NCBI RefSeq assembly: GCF_009914755.1
Contig: NC_060947.1
Origin: the human T2T-CHM13v2.0 reference genome, Homo sapiens
Reading direction: 5' to 3' (one strand)
Length of the DNA: 64,000 bases
The notes under the pieces were generated by a model. It was not told the origin of the DNA, made no database searches, and saw only the letters and a list, made by a program, of their open reading frames with translations. This document shows, one piece after another, positions 13,353 to 26,674 of the stretch. Within the stretch, counting starts at the first letter, position 1, and each line of letters starts with the position of its first letter. A program made the position numbers and the translations under genes.

Positions 13353-13710
13353 ATAATGCAAAATTTGAAAATGCCTTTGTTTTGTATTAAAACCTAGTTG
13401 TCCAAAAGATTTCAAATAAACTATATATTTGCACAAAGGATCACAGTTATACTTTGATTCCTTAAAAAAAGGGAAAATAACCATGCTTAGAAAATGCATC
13501 CACACTTTTCACACAGCAAATGTACTAAAAGATCTTCATTTGATTAAATATTTTTTCATGTTTGAATGGAAACCACAAGATCTGTATAACAGACATGTTC
13601 TTAGAGTCTAAGAATGCTTCCTTGATACCAGCCAGTTTCAGCTGACATCTAGCAATTCTAGTATTCATGTGAACTTGCTATAACAACATCAGGATACTTC
13701 ATAAAGCAAT

Positions 13711-14401
13711 TGTTGAAAAAAAAAAGTCAAACTCTGTAAAATATTTGAAGAGATTTATCCTGAGCCAAATATGAGCAATCAGTGTCCCATGACACAGCCC
13801 TCAGGAGGTCCTGAGAACATGTGCCCAAGGTGGTCAACTTGGTTTTGTACAACAAGGCTACAACTTGGTTTTGTACATTTTAGGGAGACATAAGACATTA
13901 ATCATAACATAACATAACATAAGATATATACATCTTATATGTATATTGGTACATTGGCTCAGTCTGGAAAGGCAAGACAACTAGAATGTTGGGGGGCTTC
14001 CAGGTCATAGGCAGATTCAAAAATGCACTGATTGGCAATTGGTTGAAAGAGTTACTAACTAAAGACCTGGAATCAATAGAAAGGAATGTCTGAGTTAAGA
14101 TAACGGGCTACGGGCTACGGAGACTGATGTTTTATCATGCAGTTGAAGCCTCCAGGTAGCAGGCTTCAGAGAGAATAGATTGTAAATGTTTCACAACAGA
14201 CTTAAAAGAGTCTGTTCTATCAGTCTTAAGGTCAGCTGTGTCTGAATTGTAGAAGGGAAGAGGGAATAATGAAGCATGTCCAACTCCCCCTTCTTATCAT
14301 TGCTTGAACTAGTTTTCCAGGTAAATTTTGGAATTTCCTGGGCCATGAACTGGGGTCCATTCAGATGGTTGAGGGGCTTAAATTTTTATTTTTGGTTTAC
14401 A
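13711..14401 (-). mobile_element. MER4-group (ERV1) solo LTR
   Basis: TGTTGAAAA..GTCAAACTCTGTAAAATATTTGAAGAGATTTA; CCCTCAGGAGGTCCTGAGAACATGTGCCCAAGGTGG; ends TTTTTGGTTTACA. Confidence 0.85.
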
Positions 14402-14410
14402 CTATATTGT

Positions 14411-14742
14411 AGCCAGGTATGCTGGCTCATTCCTTTAATCCCAGCACTTTGGGATGCTGAGGCAGGAGGATCACTTGAGGCCAGGGGTCAAGACCAGCCT
14501 GGGCAACATGGTGAGACTTCCGTCTCTACAAAAATATTCGAAAATTAGGCAAGCACAGTGGCACGTACCTGTAGCCCCAGCTACTTGGGAAGCTAAGGTG
14601 GGAGGATTGCTTGAGCCCAGAAGTTTGAGGCTGCAGTGATCTATGATTATATCACTTCACTCCAATCAGGGCAAGACAGCGAGACCCTGTCAAAAAAAAA
14701 AAAAAGAAAGAAGAAGAAAGAAAATAATGAAAGAATAAAGAA

Positions 14743-14773
<31 letters not shown>

Positions 14774-14812
14774 AAGAAAGAAAGAAAGAAAGGAAAAGAA
14801 AAGAAAAAGAAA
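14411..14812 (+). mobile_element. AluJ with (GAAA)-type microsatellite tail
   Basis: GGAGGATCACTTGAGGCCAGG and GAGCCCAGAAGTTTGAGGCTGCAGTGA; A/GAAA tail from ~14692. Confidence 0.88.
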
Positions 14813-15218
14813 GCTGTATTGCCTCGGAGCTTATATGTTAATAAGTTTTATGTTCTGAAAATAAAAAAAAACCATCCCAAAAGTTATGCCTGCCAAAATC
14901 AGGATTAAAAAGATCCTGAAGAAAGACATCTCACTTTGCTAATATGTGCAGAGTTTGCATTTTATTAGTTCTATTTCATTCATTAACTTGGTTAATCAGT
15001 GATTTATGGTTGGCCAATGATTTCAAGATGAGATGAAATTTATTAAAGTCATGAAAAGGCAAGCCATCAAACTTCAAGGGACTTCCAACCACACAGCCCC
15101 TGAACATTGTCTTGATCGCTTGGTGTTGCAAATGCCCTTTTGGTGGAGCTTAAATAAGATCAGTTGGACTGAGAAAGATTGCTTGATGTAGAGCCATTGA
15201 AACAAGCTGAGTGTCTTC

Positions 15219-15299
15219 CAAGGCAGGGACATCCAATCCATCTCAGATGATAACCTTTTGCAAGGCAGGATGTCCAGTCCATCTCAGATGATAACCCTT
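15219..15299. repeat. ~42-bp imperfect tandem duplication
   Basis: CAAGGCAGG..TCCA(A/G)TCCATCTCAGATGATAACC twice. Confidence 0.85.
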
Positions 15300-18200
15300 C
15301 AGGCATCCGTCCTGGTGAGCATTGTTTACCCTTCCCCTGTGGTCACAGTGCAAGCTAATACTGCTAGCTGCAAAGCTCCATAAAGGTTGTTGTAATGCAG
15401 AGACTCCCAGGAATTAAGGGATGAGATGAAAGTGGGTTCTGCATAATGGCCCGGGCAGTAATGCTGTTGTAAGAAACTCCACCAAACTTCAGGAGGAGAA
15501 CAGAGCCAATGTTCAGCGACCTTCTTCCACAAAAGATGGTGAAAAGTCTTTTTTTTGTTTGTTTGTTTTCTTTTTCATGCTACAAATTCACTTTGCATTC
15601 AATTTCAACCTCTGTGTTTGTTGGATATCTCTTGTCTACATCTATGGTTATTTCCAAAATAAAAAGTAACATGTTTAAACAATAAGGCACTTTCAAGGAA
15701 AAACTGATTTATTTCTACTAAATAAAAATTGTTCCCAGTAACAACCATACCTAAAGAAGTTATAAATCTGTCTTTAATTTTGCAATGACAAATGAAAAAT
15801 GTTGACTTTTTCAATCAAACAGGTAATTAAGATTGTTTACTGTTGTTGGTTGTGTTAAACAATGAATGCAAAAAATAGTTTGCTGTAATATACAGATAAC
15901 ACTTAAATAAATGTGCCATTAATGGAGAAAAGATGACTTTTTCCCAGGACCAACGTCTTGCCCTCTTCATTTCCATCTGATGTTGTTCAAAACAGTCCAC
16001 TAGCAAATACAGTTGTTTTGTTGGTGGTGGTGGTTTTTAGAGACTGCCCGTGCATATATACCAGTTACTATATGGACAGTTAAAAAAAATAGGGAGAGAG
16101 AAATCAATACTTGTCATTCAAAATAAGCTCTCATTATATTCTCCAGTAGCGTATCTCTTGTTCTTTCACTGCATTTCATAAGCCTTCCTGCATGACCATC
16201 TTCACATTGGTGTAATTCTTGCTCTCTGTTTTTCCTCCTCTTCTGGCTTTCCTGGGCCACAGTGAGAATCAGCATCTTCAGTATGGATTAATGCCTGTGG
16301 CCCTGATTCCATCAGGAGGCATAGTGAGAACTGCAGGAAAGGCCAGTGGTCTCTCTCATTTGGAATTATTTTTTAGGTCCCCTGCAATAGTCACTAAGAA
16401 ATCTATCTCTTTAGCAGGCACTCCATAATAGTGCAGAATAGAAGAGTTTAAAAAAAAGAAAAGAAAAGAAAAGGAGGAAAAGATGAGTGAGGATCCAAAG
16501 CTTTCTGAACAGGACATTAGTTTTTGCTGCCATGCAGTGTCCAGGAGACAGCTAAATGTTACAGCAGGACCAACCTCAGCCCAAACCTGGTTCCATTCCT
16601 TAGGGCAGGTCTGGTGTCTGCCATCCTGAAGGTCGGAACACCCCATCTGGATTAAGTAAGATTTCAGGCAAAATTATTTTATCTCCTTATAAATCATTGA
16701 GTCATTCAACATTTATTTATTCGTTAGTTCATGAATCTGACATTTCTGAAATGCTTATTTCCTTGGAGAAAAGGCTGGAGAATTGCATAAAAAACAGATA
16801 CACTGCCCTAGATAATTCTCAGCTCTGTATACTGGAGTTTGGATACCCCGTGGAAATGGAAATGCTACTGAGAGATATTTCCCTTCCTAAAGAAGTATCT
16901 CCTCACACAGGCCTCACCTATCCACAAAGTGAGCTGGAAAATGCTCAAGAGTTGTTTTTATCACCTCCTGGAGGTAATTCCATAGGCAGTACTAACCTGG
17001 CTGTACTCTAGTGATTGTTGTCTCATTTGATGGTCTTCAATGTAGAGTGAGGTTTATAAGAAAACAAATTAGATGTAAGAAGATAGTTCTGGAACTTCCA
17101 CTCATATTTATTTCTACCTAAATAGTTAAGGGAGTGATTAAGACATGCTATGCTGATTTGTAACAGTTGGCTTGACGTTGACTGCCCACTTGGTACTATG
17201 ACAGTCACGATGCATAATTTTCTTGAAATTCGAAGCACCCTAAGGGCACACTTGTAGTCTGTGAACCACAGAGCAGCCTTGACTGGGCTTTTAATTTGCT
17301 TAGCCCTCAACTTTCAGTGTCCTGTGACATATGCATAGTTAGGCAGATTTGTGCATTATTTCATCTAGGTTTAACTGATCTTGCCCACACAAAATGAATA
17401 TGTAGCTTACAATTTTCCTGGGAAAGAACTATGGATTCAAAATATTTGTCCATATTTCAAGTCCAAGAGAGAAAGATAATAGCTCAGTTGATTCTTGGAT
17501 TTAATTCTAATAGGAGATTTTCACTATCCATAGTATGAGGTGAACACAGCACCCATGTAATAAGATGGGCCGAGCAATTGCCTGCGGAATCTGAAGTTAT
17601 CAAGAGCATTATTTGAAATGGAAATTTGCATCAATGATTGTTAGCCATGAACCTTATCCCTCGAGATCATCTCAAACTGTATTATTAAGCCATCATAATT
17701 AGCAAGACAATTAGAAGTCAGCCCTCCTGGACAATATCAATGCTAATATATATTTTTAATGAAAACAAAAGGGAATATGTACCATTTGTAAATAAAAATA
17801 TATGAAGTAATATTTCCACATTATAATTTCATCTCTTAACCTCATCTTTTTTTCTACTTCTGTGTTGGTTTTACAGTGTAAATTATATGTGAGTACAGTA
17901 ATGCATACCTATACTTTGTAAAGTAAGAAATGCCAACCAATTGAGAATGAATGCCTTAAACATTTCTACTGATGGGAGTAAATGAACAAAAACTTTGGAG
18001 TCCAAGGATCTGCTTGCTGGGAAACAGTCTGGGCAGAGAAGGCCACCTCCCTTAGTGTTGCAGGCAACATTGCGCTCCGCCAGTCCTGCTCTGTGAAGCT
18101 ACTGTAGTTTGCTTCAAGAGAGCTCTTTTTGGTTTTTCTGTAAAGGAATGTAGAAGCCAAGAAATTCCCGCAGATGAACCAAAATAATTATTAACATCCT

Positions 18201-18654
18201 GTACCAAGATTTTCCAAAATCCCCAAAATAATTCCCTCTAATGGTGTCATAAGTGTTACCAATGCTAGGAATGCATCCTATTAGACAGGAAAACTAATCT
18301 GAGCATAATGTTGCATCCTCTTGTAATAAAATTAGGCTTTAGATACCTTAAGAACCTTCACCCACATCTATCCGGCCTCATTTGAAAATGGGAAGGTGCT
18401 GAAAAAATGGTTAGAAAGACAATCTCTATTTTTCAGGTATTTAATTAAATTATTCAACCGAAAATAGAAATAGAAACAGGAACTCCCTTTGTCCAATCTT
18501 AGATCTCTCCCTCTGTTCCCACTGCAGCAATCCCAATTCCATTACATAATACACACATCTGCCCCATACAGAGCCACCTAAATTTGACCTTTACACTCAT
18601 TCCAATGCCTGGGAATTAGAATGCATCCATTCTTGAAGCAAAAAGCAATGAACA

Positions 18655-18966
18655 GCCGGGTGCGGTGGCTCACGCCTATAATCCCAGCACTTTGGGAAGC
18701 CAAGGCAGGCGGATCATGAGGTTAGGAGTTTGAGACCAGCCTGGCCAATATGGTGAAACCCCATCTCTACTAAAAATACAAAAAAAAAAAAAAAAAAAAA
18801 GTAGTCGGGCACGGTGGTGCATGCCTGTAATCCCAGCTACTCAGGAGGCTGAGGCAGAAGAATCACTTTAACCTGGGAGGTGGAAGTTGCAGTGAGCCGA
18901 GATCATGCCACTGCACTCCAGCCTGGGCGACAGAGTGAGACTCTGTCAAAAAAAAAAAAAAAAAAA
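18655..18966 (+). mobile_element. AluSg-like SINE with expanded middle A-tract
   Basis: GGATCATGAGG..AGACCAGCCTGGCCAATATGG; ~21-A linker; TSD AAAAAGCAATGA(A/C)CA. Confidence 0.92.
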
Positions 18967-20304
18967 GCAATGACCAATGACCAGCATCTCTTTTTATGCA
19001 CCTTGGTCTTTGCTACAGGACCTAAGTAATAAAAGCAGAAAGCCTCTCCCCATAGTCTCACTATCCCTTTTTAAAAATAAGAATCTTTGGGAAACTTCAA
19101 GAGGACATTGCATTGGGGTTGGAAATTGGAAAGCAATGAAGAACTGTGAGGCTTCAGTTGTGTTCAGTCTTGCACCAGTGAGGAGAGATGGGCCTGAAGC
19201 TCCCCATGGAAAACCTGTGAGGTTTTCTAACAACTATGGAAGCGCCCAAAACAAAGATGACACCAAGGGTTATACTGCTGGGAATTCCATTTCCCAGGCT
19301 CTCCAGCGCTCCCCTCTTATGGGCCAGCCGGTCTCCTAACCACTATTTATAAGGATGCGGTACAGAGAATTGTAACTGGCAGACCTATAGACAGACACTG
19401 GTGAGCTATCATTTGAAAGTGTACAATAATCACTTACATTAGTAATTCAATAGCTCAATCATAATACTTCAATGCACTGTTTTTCAGTTGCAAATCAAAA
19501 CAAAATCATCATTACTGGCTAATAATAGGTTATTCTGTTGATTAAACAAACTTGGATTGTTTTGTTGGTTAATAGACATGGGCATCTCACCACCCACACC
19601 TCATGTAATATTTTCTAAACAATATCTAATTAAAAGATCACATGAACAAAATGTCTTGTATCTAACACCATGATTGGTCTGTTACAAAAATATGCATGAG
19701 ACAAGGAAAGACATAAAACTCTGCAAGTTGTTTTCAAGGTTTTATTTTAAAACAAAAACAAACGAAACCTTTACTCTTGCTTCCATTGTCAAATTGTTGT
19801 TGTTTTCTTTTTCTTTTTCTTTTTTTTTTTTTTCTGCACATTGGAATGTTTTCCACTGGGGGTGATAATGCAGCACAGCCATATTTGGTATGTCTGAGGG
19901 ATGTGTCTGACTTTTGTGAAATACAAGAAGAGTAATTTTGATAAGTGAAGTAGAAAAGTAGATGAAGAATGATGTCTACAACATGTTGCATGTTTCAATA
20001 AAGAATGTTTTTCATCCTGGAGAAACACCTGCGCTCCAGATTGACAATTGCCAACTTTGATACTCACACCCAGAGGCAACTTGGCTTTATGTTAAAGACC
20101 ACACTCTGAAGTCACCGTGCAGCTTTGTCACTTGTCGGCTGGAGGAGCTCAGAGAAGCACTCAGCCTCTCCATGCCTCTTGCTTGTCTGTAAAACAAGAA
20201 TGATGCTAAGACTTACTACATGCAGTGTTACGGGGATTAAATGATGATGCATTTAAAAGAATCACTTTAGCCCAATGTCCGCCACATTAAAAACCACAAG
20301 GAAT

Positions 20305-21380
20305 TGTTGCAGGAAGTCAGGGACCCCAAACGGAGGGACCAGCTGAAGCCATGGCAGAAGAACATGGATGGTGAAGATTTCATGGACATTTATTAGTTCC
20401 CCAAATTAATACTTTTATAATTTCTCATGCCTGTCTTTACTGCAATCTCTAAACATAAATTGTGAAGATTTCATGGACACTTATCACTTCCCCAGTCAAT
20501 ACCCTTGTGATTTCCTAGGCCTGTCTTTACTTTAATCTCTTAATCCTGTCATCTCATAAGCCGAGGAGGATGTATGTGGCCTCAGGACCATGTGATAATT
20601 GCGTTAACTGCACAAATTGTAGAGCATGTGTGTTTAAACAATATGAAATCTGGGCACCTTGAAAAAAGAACAGGATAACAGCAATTGTTCAGGGAATAAG
20701 AGAGATAACCTTAAACACTGACCGCCAGTGAGCCGGGCGGAACAGAGCCATATTTCTCTTCTTTCAAAAGCAAATGGGAGAAATATCACTGAATTCTTTT
20801 TCTCAGCAAGGAACATCCCTGGGAAAGAGAATATGTGCCTGGGGGTAGGTCTATAGACGGCTCTCTGGGCGTGGTCATCTTTTATGGTCTGTAGACTGTA
20901 GGGGTAAAATAGATCCCAGTCTCCCATAGCACTCCCAGGCTTATTAGGAAGAAAAAATTCCCACCTAATAAATTTTGGTCAGACCGGTTGCTCTCAAAAC
21001 CCTGTCTCCTGATAAGATGTTATCAATGACAATGGTGCCCAAAACTTCATTAGCAATTTTAATTTCGCCCCGTCCTGTGGTCCTGTGATCTCGCCCTGCC
21101 TCCATTTGCCTTGTGATATTCTATTACCTTGTGAAGTACGTAATCTCTGTGACCCACACCTATTCGCACAGTCCCTCCCCTTTTGAAAGTCCCTAATAAA
21201 ACCTTGCTGGTTTTACGGCTTGTGGGGCATCACAGAACCTACCAACATGTGATGTCTCCCCCGGACGCCCAGCTTTAAAATTTCTCTCTTTTGTACTCTG
21301 TCCCTTTATTTCTCAAACCGGCCGATGCTTAGGGAAAACAGAAAAGAACCTATGTGACTATTGGGGCAGGTTCCCCAATA
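20305..21380 (+). mobile_element. MER11 (HERVK11) solo LTR, MER11C-like by length
   Basis: Starts TGTTGCAGGAAGTCAGGGACCCC, ends GGGGCAGGTTCCCCAATA; 1076 bp; perfect 6-bp TSD AGGAAT (20299-20304, 21381-21386), typical of ERVK; sits in a MIR remnant. Confidence 0.93.
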
Positions 21381-21649
21381 AGGAATATTAGCTCTTGTTT
21401 GTGTTAGGATTGCTGTCATTAATATTATGATCCTGTAAGGTATCAACAAGAACATTGGATACACACAGAGACACTATTAATTAGAATTTGTTGTTTGAAA
21501 GAAGGCATTTCCCAGAGCAACTTTGGGGAATTAGACATAAGCATGGGTCTTCTGGCACCTAGATACTTTTTTGTTCTGTGCAGGAGGAGTCAGTATGAGT
21601 TAAAGAAAGCTATCCATTATTTAGGATGAAACCAATGTACAAGTGCAGA

Positions 21650-22060
21650 CTTATGATAATAGTGAGTTAAGGTTGCAAATGGAATTCAAGTTGCTAATGA
21701 GCTGACTTTACAGTAGGGAAATTATTCCAGAGTATTTGGGTGGGCCCATTGTAATCACAAAATGCCTTAAAAGTGGAAGAGGGAGGCAGGAGGGAAGATC
21801 AGAATGATTCAGTATAAGAAGGACTCAACCTGTCAAGTTGGCTTGGAAGATGGAGGAGGCTCCTTGAGCCAAGGAGAGCAGGTCGCCTCTACAGGCTGGG
21901 AAAATCAAAGAAATGGAATTTCCCCTTAAGCCTCCAAAGGGAGAGCAGCCCTGCCGGGTGAGTTTGTCAGACTGTGTTCAGAAATGTAAGATCATAAAAT
22001 TGTGTTGTATTAACTCACTGTTAGTGGTCATTTGTTACTGCAGTGTTAGGGAACAGATAT
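21650..22060 (+). mobile_element. MLT1D/E-like LTR
   Basis: GGGTGGGCCC.ATGTAATCACAA..CCTTAAAAGTGGAAGAGGGAGGCAG; GGCTTGGAAGATGGAGG; ATTTGTTACTGCAG. Confidence 0.75.
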
Positions 22061-22304
22061 TAGCACTCGTGATGTAATTAAAATCATTGTCTTTGCTGCA
22101 TGTGGTAATGAAGCTGCAAATGACGTAGATCACCTTGGGCTCCCTCCTTTAAAGTTCTCACCCATCAGACAGTACACACTACTCCTGGGTTTTGTCATAG
22201 CTATTTGTATGTATCACCTACGAGCCCCATATCCAGTCTTGGTAAGTCAAGGACTATATCTTTTCAGACAGTATCTCACCCCACCATTTATTAAAAGTAT
22301 TGAA

Positions 22305-23830
<1,526 letters not shown>

Positions 23831-24360
23831 AAATAATTTAAGTATCAAATATGAACACAATTTTATGTCTCCCTTTTTAAAAACTTTTGTGTGCTCTCTC
23901 CTTTTTTGAGCTAGCTTTTTCTTCCTGCATTGATATTCTACCCATGACCCTGCAATTCTACTATTCTAAATCATATTTCTCTGCTATCCACAGCCTTTTC
24001 TGGAATTGACTTACTACTCAATTCTGGATAACACTATTAGTGAGCAAAATGAAGTGAAGGAAAGTTTTCAATGACCAACATTAATGTGGCTGAAACGGGT
24101 TCAGAGAATCTGCTCAGATCCTTGTCAAATCCCGGGAAAATCTCACAGACCTGGGTTCCCCAGCACTGGCCTCAAATTCCTCAGGCTTTCTGGGCTTATT
24201 GAATCAAGGGCATTGGTTGTCCTTGAATAAAGTGTATAGCATGTCAACTACCAAATATTTTGCTGCAGTCCAGAAAAATGAAAAGAGAAAGGGAGAAGTA
24301 GCTGCAAAAATCCTCTACAATGCCATTCTTGGCATAGAAAAATCTAGAAGAGCATGAAGA

Positions 24361-25490
24361 TGTTAGGGGGTGGCGAATATCCAAACTATTGATGGGTCTG
24401 ATGTGTTAAAATAAAAACTTCAGCCAAATTAAATTTAAAGGAGTTTAATTGAGCAATGAACGAGTCTTCAGAGATGCCTTGTGGTCAGAACCAATTTATA
24501 GGCAAAAAAGGGAAGCAACGTACAGAAATCAGAAGTGAGATACAAAAATAACTGGATTGGTTACAGCTCGGTGTTTGCCTTATTTGAACACAGTTTGAGC
24601 ACTTAACAGTCTGTAAGTGGTTGAAGTATGGCCACTGGGATTGGCCAAGACTCACTTATTGTTACAGGTCGGTACTCCTAAGTTAGGTTTTCAATCTTGT
24701 CGACCTACTAAGTTAGGTTGCAGTTCATCCACAAGGACTGAAATATAGAAGTACCAAGTCCTTCTCAGGTCATATTTAGTTTGCTTTAACAGTGGCAACC
24801 TCAATTCTTGCCTCCTCAAAAGAAAGAAGAAATTCAACTGAGGGGCATAAGGCAGAAAAAGAGACTGAGGCAAGTTTCAGAGAAGGAGTGGAAGTTTATT
24901 AAAAAGCTTTAGAGCAGGAAAGAAAGAAAAGCACACTTAGAAGAGATCCAAGTGGGTGACCTGAAGGACAAGTGCCCCATTTAACCTTGACTCTAGGACT
25001 TTATTTGCTGGCCTGTTTCTGGCATCTTGCACCCCTTTTCCCTCATTCTTCCTTAAGGGTGAGCCACGCACATACTTGCCTTGGGAGGTGAGCATGTGCA
25101 GTGTGTTTAGGAAGTTGTGGGCATGCCCACCTGAGGCTTTCTTCCCTTTTCCAGTGGAATGCCCCCAGAAGGTCATATTCTGCCATTTTGTCTCCTAAGG
25201 AGAATGCCCAAACTCACTCCCAACTCCTGAGATTTTATTGGAAGCTGCAGATTACCAATCTCAACTGTTTGGTAAATTGCCTATCCCTGGGGCCTGCGAT
25301 CAATTATCACTTTAGTGTGACAACTGTGAATTATCAGGAAATGGTCTCTCCATGGCGGGGCGCTGGCTGCCAATTATCATTTTAAGAGAGGCATTGTGAT
25401 CACTGCCCAACCATCACCTGATGGTTGCCTGACATTCCTGATGGGAAGCACTCTCCCGCCACACTCATGCCTGGATAACTACCTGTAGCA
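24361..25490 (-). mobile_element. MER50-like (ERV1) LTR interrupted by MER57
   Basis: GGGTCTG...GCAACCTCAATTCTTGCCTCCTC and terminal CTCATGCCTG..TAACTACCTGTAGCA match recalled MER50 ends. Confidence 0.72.
24404..24790 (-). mobile_element. MER57-like LTR nested in MER50
   Basis: AATTAAATTTAAAGGAGTTTAATTGAGCAATGAACG...CATATTTAGTTTGCTTTAACA. Confidence 0.75.
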
Positions 25491-25776
25491 AAATTGTTGA
25501 GAACATTCATTCTTAAGAAAGTTAAGAGGGAGTCCATACAAATTATAAATGGAGTGATACATTAGACACTAATGGAGACACATGGACTCTGACTTCCTAA
25601 AAGTGTCACTTGGGGAATTATTATAGGATTGGATGCCAAGCTCTATTTCCAGATTTACCCCCATGGCCCTGAGTGCCAGCTGAATTTTTAGTAAGCTAGG
25701 CCTTCAGGATAAATATGCATTAGTCATTCCACCTACGATACCCGGCCAGTCAACCACTCATCAATAAGCATGGTGG

Positions 25777-26674
25777 TGAGGACTGAACTTTGACCTTTTT
25801 TCGTCTTTTGCCCAAATTCCTATCTAAGGGGCCTAAAGAGTCCACCCTACAAACCATAACGTCTCATCAGAGGGGTTTTGTTTAATCCTATATAACATGG
25901 CCTGCTTTCCAGCCTGACTCTGACATAGCATCGCATGACAGATAAGAAAGGAAATCCAAGTATTTTAACCCCAAATGTGTTTATTTGCCATATCTTGAAA
26001 TAGCCATGCGAAGTTGTCTCCTGGGGAAGATCTACATTCTATAGAGAATCCCTTTCCCTTTTCAAGGTCTTTCTTCTGATCCAGGAGAGAATCAACTAAG
26101 AAGTTGACACCTTTCTAAGTCTGATAAGAAACATTTACTAACATTTACAATCTACTCTCTCTGATGCCTGCTACCTGGAGGCTTCATCTGCATAGTAGGA
26201 ACCTTGGTCTCCAAAACCCCTTCTCTCTCTCTCTCTCTTTTTTTTTTTTTTTGACAAAGGTTCTCAGTCTGTTGCTCAGGCTAGAGTGCAGTGGTGCAAT
26301 CATAGCTCACTGCAGCCTCTTATCTTAACCCAGACATTTCCTTTCTATTGATTCCAGGTCTTTAGACAAACTCTTTTAACCAATTGCCAGTCAGAAAATC
26401 TTTGCATCTGCCTATAACCTGGACCCACCCCTAGCCCTCCACTTCCGGTTGTCCCACCTTTCCAAATGGAAACAATGTACATCTTACATGGATTGATTTA
26501 TGTCTTATGTCCCCCTAAAATGCATAAAACCTAGTTGTATAGTTGTGGCCTGACCACCTTGGGCACGTGTTCTCAGGGTCTCCGGAGGGCTGTGTCATAG
26601 ACCTTGGTCACTCATATTTGGTTCAGATTAAATTTCTTCAAATATTTTACAGAGCTGGACTCTTTTCATCAACA
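25777..26674 (+). mobile_element. MER4D-like solo LTR containing a truncated antisense Alu (~26221-26318)
   Basis: TGAGGACT...TTGCCCAAATTCCTATCTAAGGGG; ends CTCTTTTCATCAACA; 4-bp TSD GTGG (25773-76, 26675-78). Confidence 0.87.

Noticed and set aside
20370-20560. Duplicated GTGAAGATTTCATGGACA / CCTGTCTTTACT block
   Set aside because: Internal repeat belonging to the MER11 LTR consensus as recalled
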